Source: Candidatus Bathyarchaeota archaeon | Lineage (GTDB): Archaea; Thermoproteota; Bathyarchaeia; Bathyarchaeales; Bathycorpusculaceae | Reading direction: 5' to 3' | DNA length: 15,983 bases | Assembly: GCA_963777155.1 (NCBI GenBank) | Contig: CAVZPM010000024.1 | Location: 1 to 15,983, forward strand | Shown here: positions 1 to 8,014 of the stretch, one piece after another | Layout of the letters: each line of letters begins with the position of its first letter | Numbering within the stretch: position 1 is the first letter of the stretch | The notes under the pieces: generated by a model | What the model was told of the DNA's origin: nothing | Databases searched by the model: none | Seen by the model: the letters and a program-made list of their open reading frames with translations, nothing else | Program-made: the position numbers and the translations under genes

Positions 1-1
1 G

Positions 2-367
2 ATACTTCTACCGTTTGACAGCCCCTTTGTTTCGAAAGAGGTTTTGTCCTTGCTCTTTGACTGTTGCATTGGGAAAGCAGCGGCTGTTCCAAGATGGACA
101 AATCAGGATATCGAACCTTTACATGCCGTTTATAATACTAAGCAGGCATTGATAGCTACTGAAGAGGCATTGGCAGAAAATGAATTGGACATGCAGGCAA
201 TGGTTGAAAGGCTACGTGGAGTTCGTTATATTTCAACAATGGTTATTGAGCAATTAGATCCAGATTTTAAAACGTTCTTTAACATAAATACACCCTTAGA
301 CCTAAAAAAAGCGGCAGTAATGGGAAAACCAAGAAAAACATCCAAAGATAAGAAGAAAAATCGGTGA
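2..367 (+). CDS. mobA: Molybdenum cofactor guanylyltransferase (MobA-like NTP transferase), 5'-truncated by the window edge
   Basis: Frame is open from base 2 (ILLPFDSPFVSKEVLSLL...). It carries the MobA-type motifs xxDxPF, IEPLHAVY and FFNINTPxDL. Confidence 0.8.
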   Translation: MLLPFDSPFVSKEVLSLLFDCCIGKAAAVPRWTNQDIEPLHAVYNTKQALIATEEALAENELDMQAMVERLRGVRYISTMVIEQLDPDFKTFFNINTPLDLKKAAVMGKPRKTSKDKKKNR

Positions 368-422
368 TTCTTAACGCATTGTGCACTTGAAATGAGAAAA
401 TAGAAAACTCTTTTCGGTCCAT

Positions 423-1127
423 TCAAAGTGTCGTTTTGCAGACTTGGGGATCTTCAGTTGATTTTTGCCTCTTAGAAATAATGTATATCGCAGATATTGA
501 AAAAGCAGTCAGCAACCCCAAAACTAAGGCAGTGTAACCTAACCCGATCTTTTCCCATAAAACCTCATACACGCCAACCAACCCAAACAACACAAAAATG
601 ACTGCCGATAGCCATTTTAATTTACGTTGAGGAATTCGCCTACAAAAGACAACGCCGATGACGATGCCGATTCCGTCAGCAACTATCATCGCTAAGGTTG
701 CGCCGACTAGAACGCTGATTGGACTTTGGTATTGAACAGCTAAACTTAGGGTTGCTAGCTGCGTCTTATCTCCCAACTCAGCAACAAAAAAGGCAATGCC
801 GACAGTTGCGACTACTCCGAAACGTGAAAGCTTGACGTTGCCTTCTTCAGCTTTTTCTTCGCGTACCGTCCACACCCCAAAAGCGATGAAGGCTACGGAA
901 GCAACCAAGGAGATTGCGTCGATGGGAACGATTTCAGTTAAGAGTTGACCTATGACTATGACTATGGCAAAGTTGGCAACGGTCCCAAGAAAAATTGCGA
1001 AAAGCACTTTAAAAGGGTTATATTTTGCGGCAAAGGTCATGGCTACAAACTGAGTTTTGTCACCCATTTCCGCCAGAACAACTAACAGGAACGCTGCGGA
1101 GAAAGCAGCTAAGCTCAGTTCAATCAA
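423..1127 (-). CDS. GDT1/TMEM165 (UPF0016) family Ca2+/Mn2+ transporter
   Basis: Two copies of the family motif E-phi-G-D-K-T (EMGDKTQ, ELGDKTQ) and multiple hydrophobic helices. AGAGGA SD-like motif lies just upstream of the TTG start. Confidence 0.93.
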   Translation of the reverse strand: MIELSLAAFSAAFLLVVLAEMGDKTQFVAMTFAAKYNPFKVLFAIFLGTVANFAIVIVIGQLLTEIVPIDAISLVASVAFIAFGVWTVREEKAEEGNVKLSRFGVVATVGIAFFVAELGDKTQLATLSLAVQYQSPISVLVGATLAMIVADGIGIVIGVVFCRRIPQRKLKWLSAVIFVLFGLVGVYEVLWEKIGLGYTALVLGLLTAFSISAIYIISKRQKSTEDPQVCKTTL

Positions 1128-1137
1128 TTTAATCCTC

Positions 1138-2140
1138 TTATAGGGGAGGTTTGTCGATTTTTTCGTTATTCAATGTTTTGGTCCACAGTTCGAACTCTGC
1201 TGATGGTGGATGGTCACTAGTAGAGTTGTTTTCGAGTCGATTCAAGAAAAAGGTTTTCTTTGCCAACGATACTCCGCAGCCGTCACAATCCTATGCTCCG
1301 CTTTGGAAGCTTTTTGGAAAACCTCCTCCATTTTCGGACGCCAAGATTCATCCCTCAAAGCGTGATGTTCCAAAATTGTCAATGGCACCTCTTCAACAAT
1401 GCGCCCAAGGTTTCTCAACCCTTGCTCGAGCTGACTTGATTCAACACGAATTCCTCCCAGATAAAACGGTGGACCACCCAGCATATATCACCGTTGGCTT
1501 AGTATCCAAAATCAATTGCGTCGTATGAGTTGACATGGGACCTTGAACGTCAGGTGCAAACATAAACCGCTCATCCCCAACCTCAACAACAACCATTATG
1601 ACCCAGCCCAACATCGAATTCTCGGAGCCATGTGGAACAGCTTCAGAAAAACGCAACATTGTCTGACCATAAGTGAATGTTTTACCGTCTGCCGACTCCA
1701 CCGTTTTGGCATGTTTGCCACCTGTCTTCTAGGAACATCCAGGCACGTTGGCGTTGGCTAGCGTTTATGTTTTCCTTTGAATTCTTTAGGAGAACTGTTT
1801 TGTTTTGGTAGATTTGTCGTGAGGTTTTCTTGTCTTGGGTCCAGTTAACAACCCAGTCCTCGAAAGATGGGGTGTGGTGGTCGAAATGGTAGTGACTAAT
1901 CGTGGTCACTTGGGCTTTGTCGGCTGCTTCGGCGATGTTTTTTCGTAGATTGGCAATGGTTTGGAATTCGATGGGGTGTGGAGGCAGGTTAAAGCGGTAA
2001 GGCGCCAATGAGACTCCTGCATCCAAAAGCACCGTTACATCAGGTGTCTGAACTAATGTGCACATGGAGCGGACCCCGAAGCTTTCCGCTGCCAGAGGAG
2101 TTACCTTAATCTTGCTTAGGATAGAAACAGGTGTTCCCAA
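1138..2140 (-). CDS. UPF0282-family metallo-beta-lactamase-fold hydrolase, split by four +1 frameshifts (about 332 aa when repaired)
   Basis: Motifs AAESFGVRSM, DAGVSLAP, ISHYHFDHH, PHG, FAPDVQGP, GGPP and EHHALRD are spread over ORFs 1682..2140, 1441..1701 and 1242..1484. Two further unlisted segments (VGKENLFLESTRKQLY and SDHPPSAEFELWTKTLNNEKIDKPPL*) end at TAA 1140-1138. Span is 1003 = 999+4 nt. Confidence 0.85.
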
Positions 2141-2212
2141 GTCAATCCTTAATGGCTAAAGGCGCTGGAAAGTAAAATTGTTTATGCAACCAATTTGCTG
2201 TTTTGTGAAGCC

Positions 2213-2226
2213 ACAAAACTTAAGTG
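2213..2226 (+). promoter_or_regulatory. Putative BRE/TATA promoter of msrA
   Basis: A-rich BRE-like run followed by CTTTAAG (acaaaactttaagt), about 40 nt upstream of ATG 2263. Confidence 0.4.
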
Positions 2227-2262
2227 TGAGAAATTCGCAAGTTCCTTGTAGGCTGTTTTTTT

Positions 2263-2830
2263 ATGAGTCAACAACCCAGTGAAAATAAAAGTTTAGAGGT
2301 TGCAACACTTGCTGGCGGTTGTTTCTGGTGTACTGAGGCAGCGTTTAGCATCATGAAGGGTGTTGAGCGCGTCGAGCCTGGTTATACAGGCGGCATCGTG
2401 CCCAACCCTTCGTACGAGGAGGTTTCTACAGGCACCACGGGGCATGCTGAGGCTGCACAGATTTATTTTGACCCCAAAGTCATCAGCTACAAAGAAATCC
2501 TTGAGATATTCTTCACCATGCATGACCCCACATCGCTTAACCGTCAAGGTGCAGACGTTGGCACACAGTACCGGTCAGCTATCTTCTACCATAATCTCGA
2601 ACAGAAAGGGGTAGCAGAAAAACTGATTGAAGAATTAAATAAAGAGGGCATCTGGAATCAAACCCATCGTCACTGAAGTCGTCCAGCTAAAAGTATTCTA
2701 CAGTGCAGAAACCTACCATAAAGACTACTACAAAAAACACCCCAAAGAACCCTACTGCCAAGCAGTCATAACTCCAAAAATCATCAAGCTACAAGCTCAT
2801 TTCATAGATAAAATCAAGGTGCCCCTATGA
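2263..2830 (+). CDS. msrA: Peptide-methionine (S)-S-oxide reductase MsrA, one +1 frameshift at about 2659 (188 aa repaired)
   Basis: Motifs AGGCFWC, GYTGG, P(S)YEEV, TGHAE, HDPT and [15 protein letters not shown]. After removing one base at 2656-2659 the frame continues KPIVTEV...[12 protein letters not shown]...PYC to TGA 2828-2830. Confidence 0.93.
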
Positions 2831-3655
2831 GCGCCAAAATATCAATCTAGTGCTGATAACTTGAGACTGATTTAGCTAGGCACCTGAGTTAATTAGAAAA
2901 GGAGCAAAGTCAAAACCTAAAATAGACTTTTGCACATCTGAAATTCAGAAAAGACAATTAAGTTACGCAATCGATCGAAGTTGATCATTTTTAAATAAAC
3001 TGACTATCAGGCTTATTTCCTGTTTAGCATCAATCAAAGAAGCAACACTTTCTTAACCAAAATTTCATGGCTCAACGCTAAAGTGGCGAACAAATAACTT
3101 TGAAGAGTATGACTTTTTGGATTTTGGCTCATTATTGAGCCTTCATAAACGAGATATCTTGTTAGAACATTTTTGTAATTAAGGAATATCCTTGACTTCT
3201 CTCTATAAGGTGTTAGTAAGTGTTGATCAAATTTTAAGGATAATTTCTTTTGAACTATCAGAAATTCTCCTAGACATAAATGGTAACTTGAAGGCCGAGT
3301 TTTCAGCTCTCAAAGAAATCCATAATCATTTAACAGCGGAAACAAAAATTGAAAAAGATACCATAAATAAACAACCTTGGTAACTTACCGTTTAACCCTA
3401 TCATAGTCAACCAGCTGATGAATCTGCCAAAAAGGTAAGGAAAGATAGTGCTTATGCGGTTAAACGTTATTTCATAATCTTTAGCCCAAAGCTTTAATGA
3501 TTGACTGGGTTGCATTTGTGTGGGTGGGCGATGACGACTCTGGCCCCGAAGACGCAAGGATGATGAGGATCTTGAGTGCGTGAATGCAAACATGATAATT
3601 TAACAGTTTGAAGGTTTGCCTTCTAGGAGCCCCCCACTTCGATCAAACGCGTTTC

Positions 3656-3889
3656 TCAAAAGAATGCGGCGATTCCCTGAAAAAGCACACCTAAAGAAAG
3701 GAATAGGATTATGATCTCTTGTTTTTTTTCTTCTTTAAAATGCTCTTCATCTGATCTTGAAGCATGCTTTGTATGCTGCAGATTCCATTTTTTGAAGCTA
3801 TACGAAATCATTCTTGCAGCCCATCCGATAGCCACTATTTCAAAAATGACGCCTATGACATTGAAGATAAGGGGTATTGAAAGATACAT
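3656..3889 (-). CDS. Small hypothetical membrane protein (2 TM helices, charged loop)
   Basis: 77 aa, ATG start, AAGGA upstream. Hydrophobic N- and C-terminal segments flank a charged linker. Confidence 0.55.
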   Translation of the reverse strand: MYLSIPLIFNVIGVIFEIVAIGWAARMISYSFKKWNLQHTKHASRSDEEHFKEEKKQEIIILFLSLGVLFQGIAAFF

Positions 3890-4193
3890 TTTCTAAATTC
3901 CTTAAGTTGATGTGTGTATAAGCACTAATATTAATGTCATGTTTAGGGTGTGTCCTTGAAACTTAATGATAAGTTTTTGGTGTGCACTCTTCAGGTTGAT
4001 AGGTCTAAAGAGCCCACCTAATAACAAGTTACTCTCTAAGGGTGTAGCTCTAATTCAGTGATAGAAGGGAGATTTTCGCATTTGACAATTCTACTTATAA
4101 TTCCAATAGTCTTTCACGGTATTCTGTGTTAATTTTCAATTTTAATTGCGATATAAACATAGAGGATTATCAATTAATGCTTGGACTATTACT

Positions 4194-4688
4194 TTAAACA
4201 ATCATTTTGTAGAATACAGCCGATTGTCCTTCTGAAGATAGAATCCTGATTTGGTAGGTATTGGCAAATGTTATGCCATCCGCTAAAGTCAAAAGCACCT
4301 CTATAGTGGAATTTTTTGGCACGGTTATGTTTTTTTCAAAGTTTGCTGGATAATTGTTGACATAGACGTCAGTAATTTCTACTGTTGATGAATCAAAGTT
4401 GGAGATTGAAACCAAAAAGGAACATGTTGTTAGATTGGTTTGTACGTTTGTTATGGTTAATTTGTCAGTATTGGATGGGGGATAGGGGTTGGAAATGTTA
4501 GGGTTATCCGTTGCGGAGTTGGGAAATGTAAGAACAATGCTACCCATAATCATAGATTTTGGGATGTCATCGTTATGAGCAGTTGGTTGGGGGATTAATA
4601 TGCCCAGTACAGCACAATTTAGAACAATAGCAAACGTGATCAGAATAATGATGGTCAAGTACTTACGCATATTTTCTCGTAAGCTCAA
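4194..4688 (-). CDS. Membrane-anchored hypothetical protein with beta-rich (pilin/Ig-like) C-terminal domain; likely start ATG 4670
   Basis: Basic N-terminus plus one TM helix, a P/N/S-rich linker, then alternating beta-strand patterns (VSISN...VEITDVYVN...YQIRILSSEG). Confidence 0.7.
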   Translation of the reverse strand: MSLRENMRKYLTIIILITFAIVLNCAVLGILIPQPTAHNDDIPKSMIMGSIVLTFPNSATDNPNISNPYPPSNTDKLTITNVQTNLTTCSFLVSISNFDSSTVEITDVYVNNYPANFEKNITVPKNSTIEVLLTLADGITFANTYQIRILSSEGQSAVFYKMIV

Positions 4689-4813
4689 TCGTTGAGAAGG
4701 AAGTATAACATTTATGATTTTTAAATAAAGAATTCAGCTAAACATCGTTTACTTTTGTGCATCTTTAAGCTATATAAGAAAGGAACTGCTAGATGTTTAT
4801 TTGGTGACTTGTT

Positions 4814-5146
4814 TTGGTTTTAGCTAGAATGTCTGTTTGGCATTTTAAAGAAGGCAAAGGCGAAAAAGGTTTTTCCGAACTTGACTTGCTCCTTAACACT
4901 TTAGCGCATCAAACAGAGGGGTTCCGTGGAGCCATCTCACTTGGTTGATGACGATGACCCAAACGCGGTAACAATCCTTACGCTGTGGATAGACCAGGAA
5001 ACCTTAGATCGATCAGAAAAAGACGTTTTCTCCCAAGCGGTCAAAAGAGTCAAGATTTAATCGATAGACCCCCACAAGTTAAGCACTACAAGGTGTTCTC
5101 AACAGAGCTCTTTCAACGTTCAAAGTGGCCGTTCCGCTGGGCATAG
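4814..5146 (+). CDS. Antibiotic biosynthesis monooxygenase (ABM)-like dimeric alpha/beta-barrel protein, broken by compensating +1/-1 frameshifts (about 110 aa repaired)
   Basis: GGTGA SD at 4803-4807 and TTG at 4814. Repaired translation: MVLARMSVWHFKEGKGEKGFSELDLLLNTLAHQTEGFRGAISLVDDDDPNAVTILTLWIDQETLDRSEKDVFSQAVKRV(K/Q)DLIDRPPQVKHYKVFSTELFQRSKWPFRWA*. It shows ABM-like (P/E)GF.G, D....N..T.LT.W and P.V..Y.V patterns. Confidence 0.7.
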
Positions 5147-5252
5147 CTTGAAGAGCTGATCGACCCCAACATTATCGGTTACGAAAACTGTTAAGCAACA
5201 CTCCTAACTCTAAAGTGACCTTGACTTCGTCAACCATTTGTCGAAAATTAGT

Positions 5253-5265
5253 AAAAAAAAGAAAA
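5253..5265 (-). terminator. Oligo-T archaeal terminator after KH gene copy A
   Basis: TTTTCTTTTTTTT directly after the TAA on the minus strand. Confidence 0.6.
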
Positions 5266-5844
5266 TTATTTGTCTTCTGGCGGTTTTTCCCACAGGTCAA
5301 GTTTCTGCTTCTTTAATTCTGTGCGCTTCTTCTGCAAGTAATTGTAGACTGTATGGTGCTCACAGCCTTCGACAATCATTTGAACCGCGTTGCGTGCAGC
5401 ATCGGCCTCCTCAAAACTGCCAATAATCCCCACTGTGTGACCATAAACAACAACGTCAGCTTCTGTTAATTCTTCGATTAGTTTTCGTGTTTTGCCTTCG
5501 GTGCCGATTATTCTGCCCTTTATGCGTTTAATGTCTGATTCGGAACGCCCAAAAATTAGGCGCAGATCAATCATGTCGAAAATTTCGTCTTCATTACGGA
5601 TCAGACGAAAAGCAGTCTCAGGAGTGAATCCTCTTCCGATGGCTGTTACTACATCTTTGGCCTTCAGAAGTAAGGATGGGTCGGGCGCGTTTTCAGGGAG
5701 TGCTATTGTTACGCTGCCTTCCTTGTCAATATCGACCTTGACGTTGAGTTTTGCTTCGATTTCCTGTTTCACTTTGCCTTCAGGACCAATCAGTGTGCCC
5801 ACTCGGTCTTTAGGAATTTTCACAAAAGTATCTGGACCAGACAT
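5266..5844 (-). CDS. dim2: KH-domain RNA-processing protein (archaeal Dim2/Pno1-like), copy A, native C-terminus
   Basis: KH motifs LIGPEGKVK and RIIGTEGKTR, plus AIGRGF and HHTVY. Its start overlaps the rio1 stop codon. Confidence 0.92.
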   Translation of the reverse strand: MSGPDTFVKIPKDRVGTLIGPEGKVKQEIEAKLNVKVDIDKEGSVTIALPENAPDPSLLLKAKDVVTAIGRGFTPETAFRLIRNEDEIFDMIDLRLIFGRSESDIKRIKGRIIGTEGKTRKLIEELTEADVVVYGHTVGIIGSFEEADAARNAVQMIVEGCEHHTVYNYLQKKRTELKKQKLDLWEKPPEDK

Positions 5845-6641
5845 TACTTACCAACAACCTTCTTGTATAATTCTTCAACTGGGTAAACATCAACGTCTAA
5901 CCGCTTAAAGAACCTATTTACATTCTCCAAATCCCGCCGCAACATGAAGTCAGCCAAAGGATGCTGAAGGGATACGGATTGAGAAACGTCAAAAACCACT
6001 GGTTTGCCCTTCCACATCATAATGTTGTATTCGCTTAGGTCGCCGTGGACGATCTTGGCTTTTTGGTAGAGCCTTTTTATGTAGGTTACGATTATTTTGT
6101 AGACTTTTTCTGGGTTAGCTGGGGGCTGCTCTTTAAGCGATGGGGCGCTAACTCCGTCTTTCCCGATAAACTCCATAACAACAATGTTGCTTTTGACTGC
6201 GATGGGTTTTGGAACACGCACCTTTGCAGCGTCAGCTTCCCCTAGATTGCGAAACTCTTTCTGTGCCCAAACTGCCATCAATGAGCGGGTGTCATGCTTG
6301 ACATCTTTGAATCGTGGGTCGCCTTCAATGTATTTGTGCATACCCTTCTTGAATTCTGCAGAGGACGTTAAGTAAATCTTCACAGCTAAGTCGGTGCCTT
6401 CTTTGTTGGTGCCCCAGTACACTTTTGCTTCTTTGCCTGAACTCACCGCGCCATTAAGCTCATACAAAATGCCGCTATTGAGCATGTCAAAGACTACCAT
6501 GCGGGTAGTTTGGTCGAAAACTTCTTCAACAGTGGCGCGTTCCTTGGAGCGGTCGTGAGTTAGCATTTTGTCTCTACGCTCTATTCTTCTTTCGGTATGG
6601 GCAATACGCTCTTGGGCTTTTCGTGACATAATATCAAGCAT
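5844..6641 (-). CDS. rio1: Rio1 atypical serine kinase (SSU ribosome biogenesis), copy A; start may be ATG 6629
   Basis: SSGKEAKVY P-loop, AVKIY, WAQKEFRNL, catalytic loop VHGDLSEYNI, and FDVSQSV. Confidence 0.95.
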   Translation of the reverse strand: MLDIMSRKAQERIAHTERRIERRDKMLTHDRSKERATVEEVFDQTTRMVVFDMLNSGILYELNGAVSSGKEAKVYWGTNKEGTDLAVKIYLTSSAEFKKGMHKYIEGDPRFKDVKHDTRSLMAVWAQKEFRNLGEADAAKVRVPKPIAVKSNIVVMEFIGKDGVSAPSLKEQPPANPEKVYKIIVTYIKRLYQKAKIVHGDLSEYNIMMWKGKPVVFDVSQSVSLQHPLADFMLRRDLENVNRFFKRLDVDVYPVEELYKKVVGK

Positions 6642-6657
6642 GCTAACGGCTTTTGGG

Positions 6658-6665
6658 TATTAAAA
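6658..6665 (-). promoter_or_regulatory. TATA-like box (TTTTAATA) upstream of rio1 copy A; identical copy at 8031-8038
   Basis: Lies about 30 nt upstream of ATG 6629 (MSRKAQ), a spacing compatible with a short-leader archaeal transcript. Confidence 0.4.
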
Positions 6666-7217
6666 CCAGTCGAGCTTCTGCTTCTTTAATTCTGTGCGCT
6701 TCTTCTGCAAGTAATTGTAGACTGTATGGTGCTCACAGCCTTCAACAATCATTTGAACCGCGTTGCGCGCAGCATCAGCCTCCTCAAAACTGCCAATAAT
6801 CCCCACCGTGTGACCATAAACAACAACGTCAGCTTCCGTTAATTCTTCGATTAGTTTTCGTGTTTTGCCTTCGGTGCCGATGATTCTACCCTTTATGCGT
6901 TTAATGTCTGATTCGGAACGCCCAAAAATTATGCGCAGATCAATCATGTCGAAAATTTCATCCTCATTACGGATCAGACGAAAAGCAGTCTCAGGAGTGA
7001 ATCCTCTTCCGATGGCTGTTACTACATCTTTGGCCTTCAGAAGTAAGGATGGGTCGGGCGCGTTTTCAGGGAGTGCTATTGTTACGCTGCCTTCCTTGTC
7101 AATATCGACCTTGACGTTGAGTTTTGCTTCGATTTCCTGTTTCACTTTACCTTCAGGACCAATCAGTGTGCCAACTCGGTCTTTAGGAATTTTCACAAAA
7201 GTATCTGGACCAGACAT
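6660..7217 (-). CDS. dim2: KH-domain RNA-processing protein (Dim2/Pno1-like), copy B, with junction-derived C-terminus (...KLDWF*)
   Basis: Identical to copy A except for one L/I change, and LWEKPPEDK replaced by WF at the duplication junction. Confidence 0.9.
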   Translation of the reverse strand: MSGPDTFVKIPKDRVGTLIGPEGKVKQEIEAKLNVKVDIDKEGSVTIALPENAPDPSLLLKAKDVVTAIGRGFTPETAFRLIRNEDEIFDMIDLRIIFGRSESDIKRIKGRIIGTEGKTRKLIEELTEADVVVYGHTVGIIGSFEEADAARNAVQMIVEGCEHHTVYNYLQKKRTELKKQKLDWF

Positions 7218-8014
7218 TACTTACCAACAACCTTCTTGTATAATTCTTCAACTGGGTAAACATCAACGTCTAACCGCTTAAAGAACCTATTTACATTCTC
7301 CAAATCCCGCCGCAACATGAAGTCAGCCAAAGGATGCTGAAGAGATACGGATTGAGAAACATCAAAAACCACTGGTTTACCCTTCCACATCATAATGTTG
7401 TATTCGCTTAAGTCACCGTGGACGATCTTGGCTTTTTTGTAGAGCCTTTTTATGTAGGTAACTATTATTTTGTAGACTTTTTCTGGGTTAGCTGGCGGTT
7501 GCTCTTTAAGCGATGGGGCGCTAACTCCGTCTTTCCCGATAAACTCCATAACAACAATGTTGCTTTTGACCGCGATAGGTTTTGGAACACGCACTTTCGC
7601 TGCGTCAGCTTCCCCTAGATTGCGAAACTCTTTCTGTGCCCAAACTGCCATCAATGAGCGGGTATCATGCTTAACATCTTTGAATCGTGGATCGCCTTCA
7701 ATGTATTTGTGCATACCCTTCTTGAATTCTGCAGAGGACGTTAAGTAAATCTTCACAGCTAAGTCTGTGCCTTCTTTGTTTGTGCCCCAGTACACTTTTG
7801 CTTCTTTGCCTGAACTCACTGCGCCATTTAGCTCATATAAAATGCCGCTATTGAGCATGTCAAAGACTACCATGCGGGTAGTTTGGTCGAAAACTTCTTC
7901 AACAGTGGCGCGTTCCTTGGAGCGGTCGTGAGTTAGCATTTTGTCTCTACGCTCTATTCTTCTTTCGGTATGGGCAATACGCTCTTGGGCTTTTCGTGAC
8001 ATAATATCAAGCAT
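7217..8014 (-). CDS. rio1: Rio1 atypical serine kinase, copy B
   Basis: Same motifs as copy A, with a single Q/K difference. Confidence 0.95.
   Translation of the reverse strand: MLDIMSRKAQERIAHTERRIERRDKMLTHDRSKERATVEEVFDQTTRMVVFDMLNSGILYELNGAVSSGKEAKVYWGTNKEGTDLAVKIYLTSSAEFKKGMHKYIEGDPRFKDVKHDTRSLMAVWAQKEFRNLGEADAAKVRVPKPIAVKSNIVVMEFIGKDGVSAPSLKEQPPANPEKVYKIIVTYIKRLYKKAKIVHGDLSEYNIMMWKGKPVVFDVSQSVSLQHPLADFMLRRDLENVNRFFKRLDVDVYPVEELYKKVVGK

Noticed and set aside
1128-1260. Possible yybP-ykoY (Mn2+) riboswitch upstream of the GDT1 transporter
   Set aside because: The interval is the frameshifted 3' end of the UPF0282 gene. Only 10 nt are intergenic.
1138-2830. True pseudogenisation of UPF0282 and msrA
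   Set aside because: Catalytic motifs are intact, the repaired frames have no nonsense codons, and every break fits the two-allele quadruplet pattern. An artefact is more likely, though unproven without reads.
3192-3593. ORFs 3192..3383 (+) and 3330..3593 (-)
   Set aside because: Short and mutually overlapping, with no recognisable motifs. I cannot support them as genes, although 3192..3383 has an AAGGA upstream and is not excluded.
4860-5240. Possible structured ncRNA (RNase P or SRP RNA) in the ORF-free gap
   Set aside because: I see no RNase P P4 or SRP helix-8 motifs. The interval is better explained by the frameshifted ABM gene.
5492-7748. Plus-strand ORFs 5492..5908, 6045..6245, 6184..6375, 6865..7281, 7418..7618 and 7557..7748
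   Set aside because: Antisense shadows of rio1/KH that recur only because of the duplication.
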